From Octopus bimaculoides (lineage: Eukaryota): a stretch of DNA of 64,000 nucleotides. The translations under genes and the position numbers were made by a program. Under the pieces are notes generated by a model. The model ran no database searches. It had not been told where the DNA came from and was given only the letters and a program-made list of their open reading frames with translations. The stretch is from assembly GCF_001194135.2 (NCBI RefSeq), contig NC_068992.1:3872410-3936409 (forward strand), read 5' to 3'. Positions 25,090 through 38,406 of this stretch are shown here, in pieces (positions within the stretch are counted from its first letter, which is position 1; every line of letters begins with the position of its first letter).

Positions 25090-25725
25090 TACTACTACTA
25101 GCAGTAGTTTATGGTGAACACAAATTTTTCGCAGTGCTTCGCTTAGAAAGTGATTTCTTCTTGGGTTACACGTTGATAAACATAAATGTTATCCTTTTTC
25201 TTCATGTTTTTTTTTTTTTCATTTAATCAAGATTACTAACAAGGGAGATCTTGGATTACTTCTCCCATTTTGTTTTTCTGGACTGGAAAAGCATTTTCTT
25301 TTGCGTGTGTATATTTCTACCAGAAGGCCACTTGTGAATTTTCTCACATCAATNNNNNNNNNNNNNNNNNNNNNNNNNNNNNNNNNNNNNNNNNNNNNNN
25401 NNNNNNNNNNNNNNNNNNNNNNNNNNNNNNNNNNNNNNNNNNNNNNNNNNNNNNNNNNNNNNNNNNNNNNNNNNNNNNNNNNNNNNNNNNNNNNNNNNNN
25501 NNNNNNNNNNNNNNNNNNNNNNNNNNNNNNNNNNNNNNNNNNNNNNNNNNNNNNNNNNNNNNNNNNNNNNNNNNNNNNNNNNNNNNNNNNNNNNNNNNNN
25601 NNNNNNNNNNNNNNNNNNNNNNNNNNNNNNNNNNNNNNNNNNNNNNNNNNNNNNNNNNNNNNNNNNNNNNNNNNNNNNNNNNNNNNNNNNNNNNNNNNNN
25701 NNNNNNNNNNNNNNNNNNNNNNNNN

Positions 25726-25758
<33 letters not shown>

Positions 25759-26175
25759 AAAAATGTCAGACAGCATGACGTTTGAACAAAAATCATTATT
25801 GCAAACATGATTACAGTCCAAAAATACTTCAAACAGAGCTGAAAACATACGTTGTCTCAATCGAGAAATACAATAAAAACATTAATAACAGCACAAGCCA
25901 CACAAAATCTCAGCTTTTGCTAATGTTGAAATTCATAGAGGTTCCTCGATATGAAACAGCACCATGGAAAAAAGAAAGTATGGAAAAAAAATGCCTACTT
26001 TCTGTAGCATTTCTTTCACCTTGGGCAAGTGCCTTCTACTATAGTCTCGGGCCGAGCAAACCTTGTCAGATTTTGGAGACGGAAACTGATAGAAACCCAT
26101 CGAGCATTGTTTGTTTTTGTCGACTACACAGTATAGTAGGGTCAGTTGGGCACCGTCTGTGGGAAAAACAGCATC

Positions 26176-26925
26176 ATGACGCAATTCTCTCTGCCAGAAA
26201 TTTGGAAACGACATGCTGTACTGCTTGACATTCTCACCGGAAGCTTCAGTATGAACATTTCAGAGTGGGTGTCAATTTGAGGACAGTAGAGAGGATTTGG
26301 AAAGAGTTGGATGCGTCTAATGGTGTTTACGAAGGTACGGCAGCGCGGAAAATTCACTCTGATCGTTCTGTTCAGAAAAGAACTCCTGAATTTGTTGGTG
26401 AGATCCAGACCACTATGATTGACAACGATTCCTCTAAGTCAATCAAGTTCATCGCCAGGGACATGATAGAGTCTGAGTTTCTTATCGGGCAGGTAGTGCA
26501 TGAAGACATTCGGTATTCCTCATACAAGATGGGAAAGGGTCAGTTTTTATCCCAAGTTATCAGGGACAAGAGGAAAGACCGCGCAACGAAGCCTTTGAAC
26601 AAACTCAAGCATCCTCTCCAACCGAACATGCTTTGGTTTTTTTCAGACGAGAAAAGTTTCTTCCAGGATCAGATGGTGAACACACAGAACTACCGTTGGC
26701 CTTCTGTGTCCCCAAAACATGTACCAAAAGTGATAAAAATCAAACATCCAGTCAACATCCTGGTGTTTCGAGTGATCACTAGTGATGGTGCTTTCATTTA
26801 TCTTCCCACACGGTCTCCGACTCAACATGGAGACCTACATCTGGAGGCGGTAGTGCTGCTCTGGATCAAAACGGTGGCTACTGGCAACAGGACTTTGCAC
26901 CATGCCACACAAGCAGGAGAACTAA
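26176..26925 (+). mobile_element. Tc1/mariner (DD37D/maT-like) transposase pseudogene, 3'-truncated
   Basis: MTQFSLPEIWKRHAVLL..GVNLRTV..KRTPEFVGEIQ..WFFSDEKSF.QDQMVNTQN..KHPVNILVFRVITSDG..WQQDFAPCHTSRRT; first two catalytic Ds present, frameshifted, third D missing. Confidence 0.85.
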
Positions 26926-27252
26926 GGTAACACCTTATTTTTCGAGCACCTTCCGGAGTATTCGAGCGGTTCCAAGCAGTGCTGTTTTCTGCAAGTGCTA
27001 CACCCTTATTGCAGCCCCNNNNNNNNNNCAGTGCTGTTTTCTGCAAGTGCTACACCCTTATTGCAGCCCCTATTTATTCCACGTACTTCTCAAGATTTTT
27101 GCTCACTGTTCCCAGGGCTCCAACAATTTTTGGTACTACTGCTACCTTTTTCGTCGACCACAATTGGTTTGCTTAACTTCTCAAGCTAACCTGTCATATC
27201 TCTCGACATTTCTTTCTTCCTTATCGCATACCATGTTGTCAGGTGGGCATGC

Positions 27253-27255
<3 letters not shown>
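26921..27255 (-). mobile_element. R4/Dong-like LINE 3' fragment 3 (RLE C-terminus)
   Basis: IACPPDNMVCDKEE..WSTKKVAVVPKIVGALGTVSKNLEKYVE.IGAAIRV.HLQKTALLGTARILRKVLEK stop; 3' UTR tgttaccttagt; contains a 10-N gap with duplicated flanks. Confidence 0.85.
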
Positions 27256-27331
<76 letters not shown>

Positions 27332-27334
<3 letters not shown>

Positions 27335-28140
27335 TAGTTGTATTTTTATCACGTGCTTTCATTGCACTACTACGCGTCATCTGTGAGCAGTATGTGCTGT
27401 AGTTTGCTGTGATGCTCTCATTTTCCCTGTATTCAAACAGTTTTACGTAGGCTGTGTGCGGTGCCTAGTAGTGCTATTTTCTGTATGTTATATGTATTTG
27501 TAAGTCCCGGATTTTTGTTATGTATTTGTCTGAATGTCTTTTTTATCATACACAATGCGCCTACTATAATAGGAATTGCTTCTGTTTTTAGGCGCTACGT
27601 TCGAATTACCTCGGTTTCTAAATCTTTTTTTATTTTGAAATTTTTTCCATTTCATTTAGAGAAAAGTTGTCATCTGTTAATATTGATACATCAATTAAAA
27701 AGCATTTTTGCTTCTTGGTGATCTTTGACAGCTATATCTGGTCTATTGGCCTTAATTTCTCTATCTGTGTGTATTGGCATATTCCAGAGTATGGTTGTGC
27801 TTTCTCGTTCTCTGTGACCTTTTCTGGCGTGTGTTTATACCATCTTTTTTCTGTTGTTATTCCATAGTGTTGGCATAGCTTCCAGTGTATACATAGGTCC
27901 CGACTCTGTCGTGTCCGTGAATATATTCCTTCTTAGCCAGGACTGGGCAGCGAGAGACAATATGATTTATTGTTTCTTCTTCATCACCATATATTCTGAA
28001 GTTACTTGTATTTCTGTTCATTATATGATTTTGGTAATTTCTAGTGGGAAACCTTTGGTCTTGCGCTGCAATTAAAAATCCTTCAGGCTCTGCTTTGAGT
28101 CCTGAGCCTCCTCCCAGTCATTGTGTTGCGATTTTGCTTC
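27332..28140 (-). mobile_element. R4/Dong-like LINE 3' fragment 4 (CCHC + RLE)
   Basis: GLKAEPEGFLIAAQDQ, EETINHIVSRCPVLAKKEYIHGHDRVG, KVTENEKATILWNMPIHTDREIKANRPDI, FLIDVS, IPIIVGAL, QKIALLGTAHSLRK; (AAT)n tail at 27256-27331. Confidence 0.9.
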
Positions 28141-28144
28141 GTTT

Positions 28145-28172
28145 CTTTCTTTATTATTATTATTATTATTTC

Positions 28173-28247
<75 letters not shown>

Positions 28248-28300
28248 ATCGTTATTATTACTATTATTGTTGTTGTTGTTGTTATTATTGTTTCTTTATT

Positions 28301-28387
<87 letters not shown>

Positions 28388-28495
28388 GTTGTTGTTGCTA
28401 TTGTTATTATTATTAATATAATTATTATTGTTGTTTTTGTTGTTGCTGTTGATGTCATCATCATCATCATCCTCATCAGCATCATTATTATTAAT
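28145..28495. repeat. Compound (ATT)/(GTT)/(ATC) triplet microsatellite
   Basis: Directly visible; source of the poly-I/L/Y/V ORFs. Confidence 0.95.
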
Positions 28496-28714
28496 TATAT
28501 TAATGGAAATTTAGGTCATGCGTGAGTTGCGCTACCGTAGCTACAGTGGTAGGCATTAGGAAACATCTGTCACCATATTTAACTTTTTGTAATGAAAAAA
28601 AGTACAAGAGTGTTTCCTAATCGAAGTTAGCCTTGTCTGTATAGTTTAGGCATGGTAGGAGAAAATTGAACTCTCCTTGCTGTTGTATTGTATTGTTCTC
28701 AATAACAGTTATCA

Positions 28715-29060
28715 TTATTATAGTTTGGTCACAGTTCAGTCCTAACAAACAAGGGCTATCATCAAATGCGTTTCATGTGATTATCCCATCCGTTATTCAT
28801 AGTATCTGGGATTATATTATCCAACATGTTGGAGTGGGGGATTTCAGAGGGATTTGGCTGATATTTTTCATGTTGTTGTACTCCATCGTGCACAATAATA
28901 GCTGTTGTTATTGTATAGTTATAGTTCAGCCCAAACAGAACAGGTCTATGATTAAACGCCTTCCATCTGTAATTATTACCATTTTATATTTAGACTTAAT
29001 ATGTATCTGGGATGATGTTATCCAGCTTGTAGGGTTTAGGGGATTTCAGAAAGACCGAGT
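28715..29060. repeat. Two diverged direct copies of a ~145 bp interspersed repeat
   Basis: 28715-28860 and 28915-29060 share agttcag.cc.aaca.a.., gtatctgggat.at.ttatcca, ggggatttcaga. Confidence 0.6.
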
Positions 29061-30029
29061 TCGTATCTTTAGTAGATCGTAGATTCATCTAGAGCAATAA
29101 TTTCTAGCATAAGGTTCGTGGACTCATGAGGATGAACGAATATTTAGGGAATCTGTGAACTGCAGTGTAAAATTAATAATTACTCGGTCATATGCAACGT
29201 TATGTTCAAATTTTGCCGAGGTCGACTTTGCCTTTCATCTTTCCGGGGTCGATAAAGTAAGTACCAGTAGATCACTGGGATCGATGTAATCAATTTACCC
29301 CCTCCCCCCAAATTGCTGGCGTTGTGTCAAAATTTGAAACTAATTCAAGTATGCAACTGAAAAATTGAGACCATTCAGTTAATAATTTTAAGATACATTT
29401 CGTGGATGCTCTGTGATGCATCATCAGGAATGCGTCTNNNNNNNNNNNNNNNNNNNNNNNNNNNNNNNNNNNNNNNNNNNNNNNNNNNNNNNNNNNNNNN
29501 NNNNNNNNNNNNNNNNNNNNNNNNNNNNNNNNNNNNNNNNNNNNNNNNNNNNNNNNNNNNNNNNNNNNNNNNNNNNNNNNNNNNNNNNNNNNNNNNNNNN
29601 NNNNNNNNNNNNNNNNNNNNNNNNNNNNNNNNNNNNNNNNNNNNNNNNNNNNNNNNNNNNNNNNNNNNNNNNNNNNNNNNNNNNNNNNNNNNNNNNNNNN
29701 NNNNNNNNNNNNNNNNNNNNNNNNNNNNNNNNNNNNNNNNNNNNNNNNNNNNNNNNNNNNNNNNNNNNNNNNNNATTAGTCTACCCTTTTTTTTTTTATC
29801 TAAAGTCACCTGGTGGCCTTCTCTGCAGCTTCTGTTATCGAATTTATAGCTCTCCTCTTTACTGCGCCAGTGACATCCAGCCGAGACAAAGCTTTGCAGA
29901 AGAAGCGCCTTAAAAAACCTCGATGGTCCACTTCTATTGTCTTGCAATAGGCAGTATTTTAAAAACCCTGGAGTTTGTGAGAATATTCATTTAAACCAGG
30001 GGTTCTCAACCATTTTTTGTAGAAATGAG

Positions 30030-30225
30030 TTGCGACGTCACTGGTGCCAAGCTGTATCGGCCTCTGTGCCTTTCCCTTGGATAACAACGGTGATATGGAG
30101 AGAGGAGGCCGGTATGCATGAGTAACTGCCTGCCTTTCATAACCAACCTTACCCGGATACGTGCCTCGGAGGGTAACATTCTTGGAGCAATCCGACAGTC
30201 ATTCATGACCGAAGGGGTCTTTTAG
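30030..30225. mobile_element. Repeat family F fragment (probable SINE/LINE 3' part)
   Basis: GC-richer island cgacgtcactggtgccaagctgtatcggcc..tcattcatgaccgaagggg; recognised from memory as an octopus repeat, single copy here. Confidence 0.45.
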
Positions 30226-30823
30226 CTAGCGCAACAGGTTATATAACACATCTATAAGCAATGGTTAACCGAACCGTTTCAAGGACTATTTACCTAGCTA
30301 TAATATGCATTACTGAACATTGCTGTGCACGTCAAAAAACTCTCAGTTTAACTTCGTTTTATTGATTATTCGTTAATTTCAAAGTTAATTTCACAGTTGT
30401 AGCACTTCTATTGAAATGGAATGCAAATATTTCTATAGCAGTATTGAAGTATACAGGGGTTCTATTATCTTTGCGATATGCACTCCAAGATATGACATAT
30501 AAATTCAATCGCTATACATTTCAGTAATATCAAATACCCATAAAGAGAGAGGCCATGCTAATGCATACATACATACATACATACATACATACTTACACAC
30601 ACACGTACGCACTTATATATACCTTAATGAATACAAACTCATTTATTAATAATTATATTAATGAATGGTAACGGAAAAATAAGTAAAAATTGCACTATTC
30701 AATTGAATGTAAATAATGATATGTAGTATAAAGCGCCGAAGAGATCAAAATGAAAAGCTTAGAAGGAAAAAAAATAGAACCATTTAAAAAGAAACACAAC
30801 CACAAGTACACGCACATATATAC

Positions 30824-30860
<37 letters not shown>

Positions 30861-31291
30861 NNNNNNNNNNNNNNNNNNNNNNNNNNNNNNNNNNNNNNNN
30901 NNNNNNNNNNNNNNNNNNNNNNNNNNNNNNNNNNNNNNNNNNNNNNNNNNNNNNNNNNNNNNNNNNNNNNNNNNNNNNNNNNNNNNNNNNNNNNNNNNNN
31001 NNNNNNNNNNNNNNNNNNNNNNNNNNNNNNNNNNNNNNNNNNNNNNNNNNNNNNNNNNNNNNNNNNNNNNNNNNNNNNNNNNNNNNNNNNNNNNNNNNNN
31101 NNNNNNNNNNNNNNNNNNNNNNNNNNNNNNNNNNNNNNNNNNNNNNNNNNNNNNNNNNNNNNNNNNNNNNNNNNNNNNNNNNNNNNNNNNNNNNNNNNNN
31201 NNNNNNNNNNNNNNNNNNNNNNNNNNNNNNNNNNNNNNNNNNNNNNNNNNNNNNNNNNNNNNNNNNNNNNNNNNNNNNNNNNNNNNNNNNN

Positions 31292-31324
<33 letters not shown>

Positions 31325-31404
31325 GTGTATGTTTGTGTTTGTGTTTGTCCCCCACCATCGCTTGTTGTGTGTTGTTGTATGTTGGTGTGTTTACGTCCCC
31401 TGCC

Positions 31405-31980
31405 ACTTGTCAGCAGTTTGTTGCTGTATTGGTACTATGCATATGAAGTGATGCATCATTATGAATACTACTCTCCAAGTGATTCTGATACCGCAGTGCC
31501 TTCGGATCCTGTACATACAGTCTTCGGCGCATTTGTGAATTGGCAGCCCAGAGCTTGACATTTTTCAGCATTAAACTGCGTGTTGTTTTCCTAAAACCGC
31601 TTGTATATTGCATTTAGGTCTCAATGCAAGCTTGCGACATCGTCTGAGTTGTTTATTGCCTGTGATAATTTTGTGCCACCGGCGTAGCTAGTGACAGTGG
31701 CTGCCTGAGTGACATTGGGCATGTCTAAGGGAGCAACTATAAACAATAAAGGCTGCTAAACAGTTACCCAGTTGACGCCACTCAGAATTTGTGATTCCTC
31801 AGAAATGGCTTCCACGGCTGCAAATGTATGTATTTTATCTTTTAGGAAGTGTTGTAGCCTCTCTCCCACTTTAACAACTGTGCCAAAGTTTCATAACTTC
31901 TGACGTACCAAAGACCTCTTTATCAAAAACCTTTACAAAGTCAAGGTAAATCATATTTACATCTGAATAGTCAAGCAGGT
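31405..31980 (-). pseudogene. CR1-clade reverse transcriptase fragment
   Basis: IYLDFVKVFDK, ILSGVNWVTV.QPLLFI (SGVPQG region), SYAGGTKL (YADDTKL), DLNAIY, QFNAEKCQAL. Confidence 0.8.
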
Positions 31981-31993
31981 ACATTAAAACCTA

Positions 31994-32207
31994 TTAGTTT
32001 GGTGCAGAATTATTGTGGCATTTTTTCAATAAATTTTATTCAACAAGAGCAACAACAACATTTAACAAAAACATCATCAAATGATTATTCCGGAGCATAT
32101 TCACAATCTACTTCAATTGGCCTTTTGTTTAAATTGGCGATGTGTTTAAATTTTTTGTTGAATAAAATTTATTGAAAAAAAGCCGCAATAATTATGCAAC
32201 AACCTAA
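31994..32207. mobile_element. Mariner-derived MITE (214 bp, TA target duplication)
   Basis: TA-ttagtttggtgcagaattattgtggcattttttcaataaattttattcaacaa ... ttgttgaataaaatttattgaaaaaaagccgcaataattatgcaacaacctaa-TA; the TIR resembles Made1/Hsmar1-type and the TIR at 10777. Confidence 0.9.
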
Positions 32208-33000
32208 TAGTAATAATGCCGGAAGAGCTGTGCGAAGCAGCTTGTATATGCATTTGTATATATAAATATAATTATAAATATATATGTATGAGGGTATAAA
32301 TATATGTATATAGATGTTTTGATGTTTTATATCTATCATCTACCTACCTACCTACCTACGAAAGCCCGACTCCTTCAGGCTTCCAAAGCACGGAACTGAA
32401 TCAGACAGACTGTTTTAAATACTATAGACAAATAGATATAGTACATATATGTATGTGTAGGTATACAGAAACACCTAAATATACACATATAACTGTATAT
32501 ACATAACATACATATATATAAACAAGTAAACCGGATGAATATTTTAATTATCTGTTAGGAATAAAAAGTTCGCCTTCTCACTCCAGTTAACTTACCTCCA
32601 CAACTTTACAAACCTTACAACAAGATAATGAAAACCAATTAACATTTTGGATGTTTAATTGCAATTGACGCTAATTCAACAGACACTGTTTCATATTGTG
32701 AATGGATTAATGAATGAGTCAACGAACAAAAACTAACTAACAAACAACTAATCAATCATTCATTTATTCATTCATTCATTTATTCTTCATTCATACAAAA
32801 ATATTTGCTCATTCGTACCCTAAACATTTAGCCCCTTTTTGGAAGCTGTCTCCCAATCCTTTGATCCAATTTGTTAAGCAATCAGAAACATCTCCGCTAT
32901 CTTTCAAATCCCTCACAAGTAGTACGGACAAATATACACACGACTTCTACCTCTCTCAATTTCTCACTACACATATACATAATGTATGTACATATGTATT

Positions 33001-33093
<93 letters not shown>

Positions 33094-33720
33094 TTAAATA
33101 AGAGCTAAAAGATGATCCATTGTAAAAACTTTATTTATGACCTATGATGATTTCGATGCAATATCTAGATCAATTCATGCATATTATAAAATATGGAATA
33201 TTGTATCTCTTCAGGGTCAGATTAATTCATAGCAGACAGTAAAAACAGACAACATTCATAATTGTCCTAGAATTACATGTAAATAAACAAGTTGAAAAGA
33301 CATGATACGTAATGAAACAGTATAACATATCGGTATTGAAACCGTTAGAACACAGAATAAATGAGAATTGATGCTAATTTATGATGTTATCCTATGAAGT
33401 TAGATAACGAACCAGTACGAGGCGCTGTACATTTCAAAAAAATCCGTTGGATTTATGAAAGTAAATAAAAAACTCAGACCGAACAAAAAACCTTTTGATA
33501 TTAAAGATATTAAATATATATATTTTTTACACAAGTTAATGGTCAAATAGAAGTAAATCTAATAAATAATGCTAATGTATAATATCACATAATCACCTCA
33601 AGTATACATAATCTAAACAAGACATTATATTAAGTTAAGATTTAGAAGTAAAGAGACCTTATATGGATATGTAAGCCCGGTAAATTATAGAAAATAAATT
33701 GTAAGAAATAAGAAATAATA

Positions 33721-33771
<51 letters not shown>

Positions 33772-34825
33772 GATAAAGAATTTTTTTTAGTTTACATTCA
33801 AATTGCTGCTATCAAAAATATAAAAATTGAATAAAGATCAAAATAAATGAACTGCATTAGGATACATCCTATATATATATATATATATATATATGTAACA
33901 TGTTCTCTTTCACTTTCTCTGTCTTGGTCTGTCGATTTGTCAATCTACCAGTATTTTGCATCGTAAAATCTTAATTTTGGTTTGCTAACCGCAGTTGTCT
34001 ATAAATGTGTATTTGTAAATATAGAGTTGGCAACAATTTTCTTCTACAAATTTCACATTCCTGAAAATACGTANNNNNNNNNNNNNNNNTATATATTCAC
34101 GTATATTCAAATTTCTGAAATTTGTTGTCTGTGATGATTCATAAATCTTAGCTTCCCGATAATTTCAAAAGAATTCCATTCAAGGCAGGTTAAATAGTCA
34201 ACATGCTATTTCAGAACACTCTTAGTAGCAATAAAATTGTTGGAACTCATTCATGTAGAAATCTACGTCTGTTTAGAAAAGACTCACTCATTACTACATT
34301 ACAACCATTAACACGTTGCATTCCCTTCCGTCTCTTCTACTGCAATCATTCATGGTTTTATGCCCCATTAAACTATTAAGCTATTTTCTATTAAATGCCA
34401 TTCACCAATCCTCTGTAATTCTTTTTAATTCTCATTCTCTCACTGACCAGTTGTGCTTATACCGACTTAAGGCATGGACACACCTGGCAGTTACCCGGGA
34501 GCCTCATGGAACTAGGGATCAAATTTCGATCTATGTACTTTATTCTTTTTATCTTTCATTTTTTTTTACTTGTTCCAGTCATTTCACTGCAGCCATGCTG
34601 GAGCACCGCCTTTAGTAGAAGAAATTGATCCCAGGACTTATTCTATCAGTCACTTATGCTGAACTGCTAAGTTATGGGGACGTAAACATACCAACATCGG
34701 TTGTCAAGCGATAGTGCGGGGGGGGGGGGAAACACAGACAAACATATACATGCACATGCATATATATATATGTGTGTGTGTATGTGCATGTATATATATA
34801 TATGTGTGTGNNNNNNNNNNNNNNN

Positions 34826-34877
<52 letters not shown>

Positions 34878-34948
34878 AACAATATATGAGTATATGCATA
34901 TATATGTACATGTATGTATATACGTTCATCTACATGTACCTATAGATA

Positions 34949-35738
34949 CATGTACATAACTGGGTACATGACGTGGCAAAAGAACAAGGACAAAATGGTA
35001 AACAAGGTGCAACAAACAGGCAGGCCACATAGAAACATCCCCTTCATCAGCTGCCACCATTAAAACTCCGGCGTTTCGAAGAAATTAAGGCAGTACGCAT
35101 CGTTAAAATGGTTCTTCCCACGACAACAGATTAAATTGTTTTCGTGGAGGGTAGTGGCGGACGGAAAACAAGACNNNNNNNNNNNNNNNNNNNNNNNNNN
35201 NNNNNNNNNNNNNNNNNNNNNNNNNNNNNNNNNNNNNNNNNNNNNNNNNNNNNNNNNNNNNNNNNNNNNNNNNNNNNNNNNNNNNNNNNNNNNNNNNNNN
35301 NNNNNNNNNNNNNNNNNNNNNNNNNNNNNNNNNNNNNNNNNNNNNNNNNNNNNNNNNNNNNNNNNNNNNNNNNNNNNNNNNNNNNNNNNNNNNNNNNNNN
35401 NNNNNNNNNNNNNNNNNNNNNNNNNNNNNNNNNNNNNNNNNNNNNNNNNNNNNNNNNNNNNNNNNNNNNNNNNNNNNNNNNNNNNNNNNNNNNNNNNNNN
35501 NNNNNNNNNNNNNNNNNNNNNNNNNNNNNNNNNNNNNNNNNNNNNNNNNNNNNNNNNNNNNNNNNNNNNNNNNNNNNNNNNNNNNNNNNNNNNNNNNNNN
35601 NNNNNNNNNNNNNNNNNNNNNNNNNNNNNNCATGTACATAACTGGGTACATGACGTGGCAAAAGAACAAGGACAAAATGGTAAACAAGGTGCAACAAACA
35701 AGCAGGCCACATAGAAACATCCCCTTCATCAGCTGCCA
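34949..35738 (-). mobile_element. Directly repeated pLTR-like unit (Penelope-like?) spanning a gap
   Basis: 34949-35056 is repeated at 35631-35738 (offset 682, one substitution seen); contains GAAA and CTGATGA motifs; related unit at 63496-63660. Confidence 0.5.
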
Positions 35739-35934
35739 TCGGGATCGCCTTGAGTTGTTTTATTTGAATGAATCAAGCCAGGTACTTACTTTTGTAAACC
35801 TGGTATTAATTCTATCCATCCTTTTTGTGGAACCGCGAATTTGCGGCGGGAGGGAGACGTAAACAAACCAAGACCGATTGTCAAGGTGCTGGTGGTGGAA
35901 AAGCACAAGGACACACGCGCATACATACATACAA

Positions 35935-35966
<32 letters not shown>

Positions 35967-37175
35967 NNNNNNNNNNNNNNNNNNNNNNNNNNNNNNNNNN
36001 NNNNNNNNNNNNNNNNNNNNNNNNNNNNNNNNNNNNNNNNNNNNNNNNNNNNNNNNNNNNNNNNNNNNNNNNNNNNNNNNNNNNNNNNNNNNNNNNNNNN
36101 NNNNNNNNNNNNNNNNNNNNNNNNNNNNNNNNNNNNNNNNNNNNNNNNNNNNNNNNNNNNNNNNNNNNNNNNNNNNNNNNNNNNNNNNNNNNNNNNNNNN
36201 NNNNNNNNNNNNNNNNNNNNNNNNNNNNNNNNNNNNNNNNNNNNNNNNNNNNNNNNNNNNNNNNNNNNNNNNNNNNNNNNNNNNNNNNNNNNNNNNNNNN
36301 NNNNNNNNNNNNNNNNNNNNNNNNNNNNNNNNNNNNNNNNNNNNNNNNNNNNNNNNNNNNNNNNNNNNNNNNNNNNNNNNNNNNNNNNNNNNNNNNNNNN
36401 NNNNNNNNNNNNNNNNNNNNNNNNNNNNNNNNNNNNNNNNNNNNNNNNNNNNNNNNNNNNNNNNNNNNNNNNNNNNNNNNNNNNNNNNNNNNNNNNNNNN
36501 NNNNNNNNNNNNNNNNNNNNNNNNNNNNNNNNNNNNNNNNNNNNNNNNNNNNNNNNNNNNNNNNNNNNNNNNNNNNNNNNNNNNNNNNNNNNNNNNNNNN
36601 NNNNNNNNNNNNNNNNNNNNNNNNNNNNNNNNNNNNNNNNNNNNNNNNNNNNNNNNNNNNNNNNNNNNNNNNNNNNNNNNNNNNNNNNNNNNNNNNNNNN
36701 NNNNNNNNNNNNNNNNNNNNNNNNNNNNNNNNNNNNNNNNNNNNNNNNNNNNNNNNNNNNNNNNNNNNNNNNNNNNNNNNNNNNNNNNNNNNNNNNNNNN
36801 NNNNNNNNNNNNNNNNNNNNNNNNNNNNNNNNNNNNNNNNNNNNACGGAAGACGCTAAGAGACATAATACCAGATTCTGGTGGCGACGGTGTCGTTATAA
36901 TTATAGGTCTTACTAGGTTAAGAGACGAATACACGCATGTGCTGTACTATGCCGTATGCGTGCGTGTATGTGTGTGTGTTTGTGTGTGTGTGCATGTGCA
37001 TATGTGTGTGTGGGAGTCTGTGCATGTGTGTGTGTGAGTGTGAGTCTGTGCATGTGGGTATGTATATATATATATATATATAAATAATTAAAGACGTACA
37101 TATTTACATACATATCTATCTACCTGCCTACCTACCTACCTACCTACCTACCTACCTACCTACCTACTTACTTAC

Positions 37176-37207
<32 letters not shown>

Positions 37208-37417
37208 ACACTCATACAAACACGTATACATGTATGCATACATATATACATACATACATACATACATATATACATACATACATACGTATGAACGATTACG
37301 TACAAACATTTACACACGCGTACCTACACACCTACACCTGTGCATTTACATAAGTACGTACGTGGGTTCTTGCATCCACGTACGTATATTTGGTATTTTT
37401 TTATACGATCCTCACAT

Positions 37418-37464
<47 letters not shown>

Positions 37465-38152
37465 NNNNNNNNNNACACACACAAATACAAACACAAGCAA
37501 TCACACTCAAATACATACACACACACACAAACATACAAACGCAAAACAGGCACACATACACACACAAACACAGACAACAGCACACACGTACACACACTTA
37601 CCTAAACGCTCACACACTCTCGCCCACACCATGATCTGCTAATGTGTCTACCTATGTGTGCATGTACGTTTGTATGTGTGTGTGGGTGTGTGGGTGTGTG
37701 TATGTATTTATGTCTGTATGTATGAACGTGTGTATGTGTGCGTGAATCGATGTGTCTTGTTACGTATGTTTAAGTACGGAGGCTGAAAAGAACCACAGTA
37801 AAACGCACGCGCGTGGGCAGACAAACAATCATGGCTGTATAAGTAGGTCACTGGGCAAAGAAGTAACATCTGGGAGTATTTGCAGGACAGTGCGTGCGCG
37901 GGCGTGAGCTTACGTATAAAGATGTATAAAGTACGGATGGCAAGGGGGAGGGTAGGGGGTTTTATTCGATGGCGTGTGTGTGTGTGTGTGTGTGTGGCTC
38001 TGGGTACGTGTGTGTGTGTGTACGTAACGGTTTATTTCATATATTTGTGTTCTTGGGTTATGTGGAAAATGAAAACAGCTGTGGACATATTAAATATCTT
38101 CTCCAACTGTGCTATTATGACTGCTGCTATTAAATGTTGGTGCTACTGTTGC

Positions 38153-38183
<31 letters not shown>

Positions 38184-38375
38184 GGTGTTACTGCAATGGT
38201 GGAGAAGATGCGCGTGCATGCATATTTGGCATTGCAGTCACGTTCAAAATGCATTGCAGAATGGAAGCAGAGCTGCATTCAATTCTATTGTTGTTTCCAG
38301 GCTCTTTGGCGGACACATACATATATACATACAAACTTACATACATACATACATACATGCATGCATACATACATG

Positions 38376-38406
<31 letters not shown>

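Noticed and set aside
26988-27070. ~30-bp direct repeat around a 10-N gap
   Set aside because: Identical overlap across a minimal gap is a typical unmerged-contig artefact; the RLE frame reads through once collapsed.
28044-28525. Long poly-I/L/Y/V ORFs (also 58084-58527 and the many HT/YI/CV-repeat ORFs)
   Set aside because: Translations of microsatellites; no coding signal.
29390-29437. CTGATGA..GAAA on the minus strand
   Set aside because: Stem II does not close next to GAAA (3-5 extra nt), stem I is unclear, and it abuts a gap.
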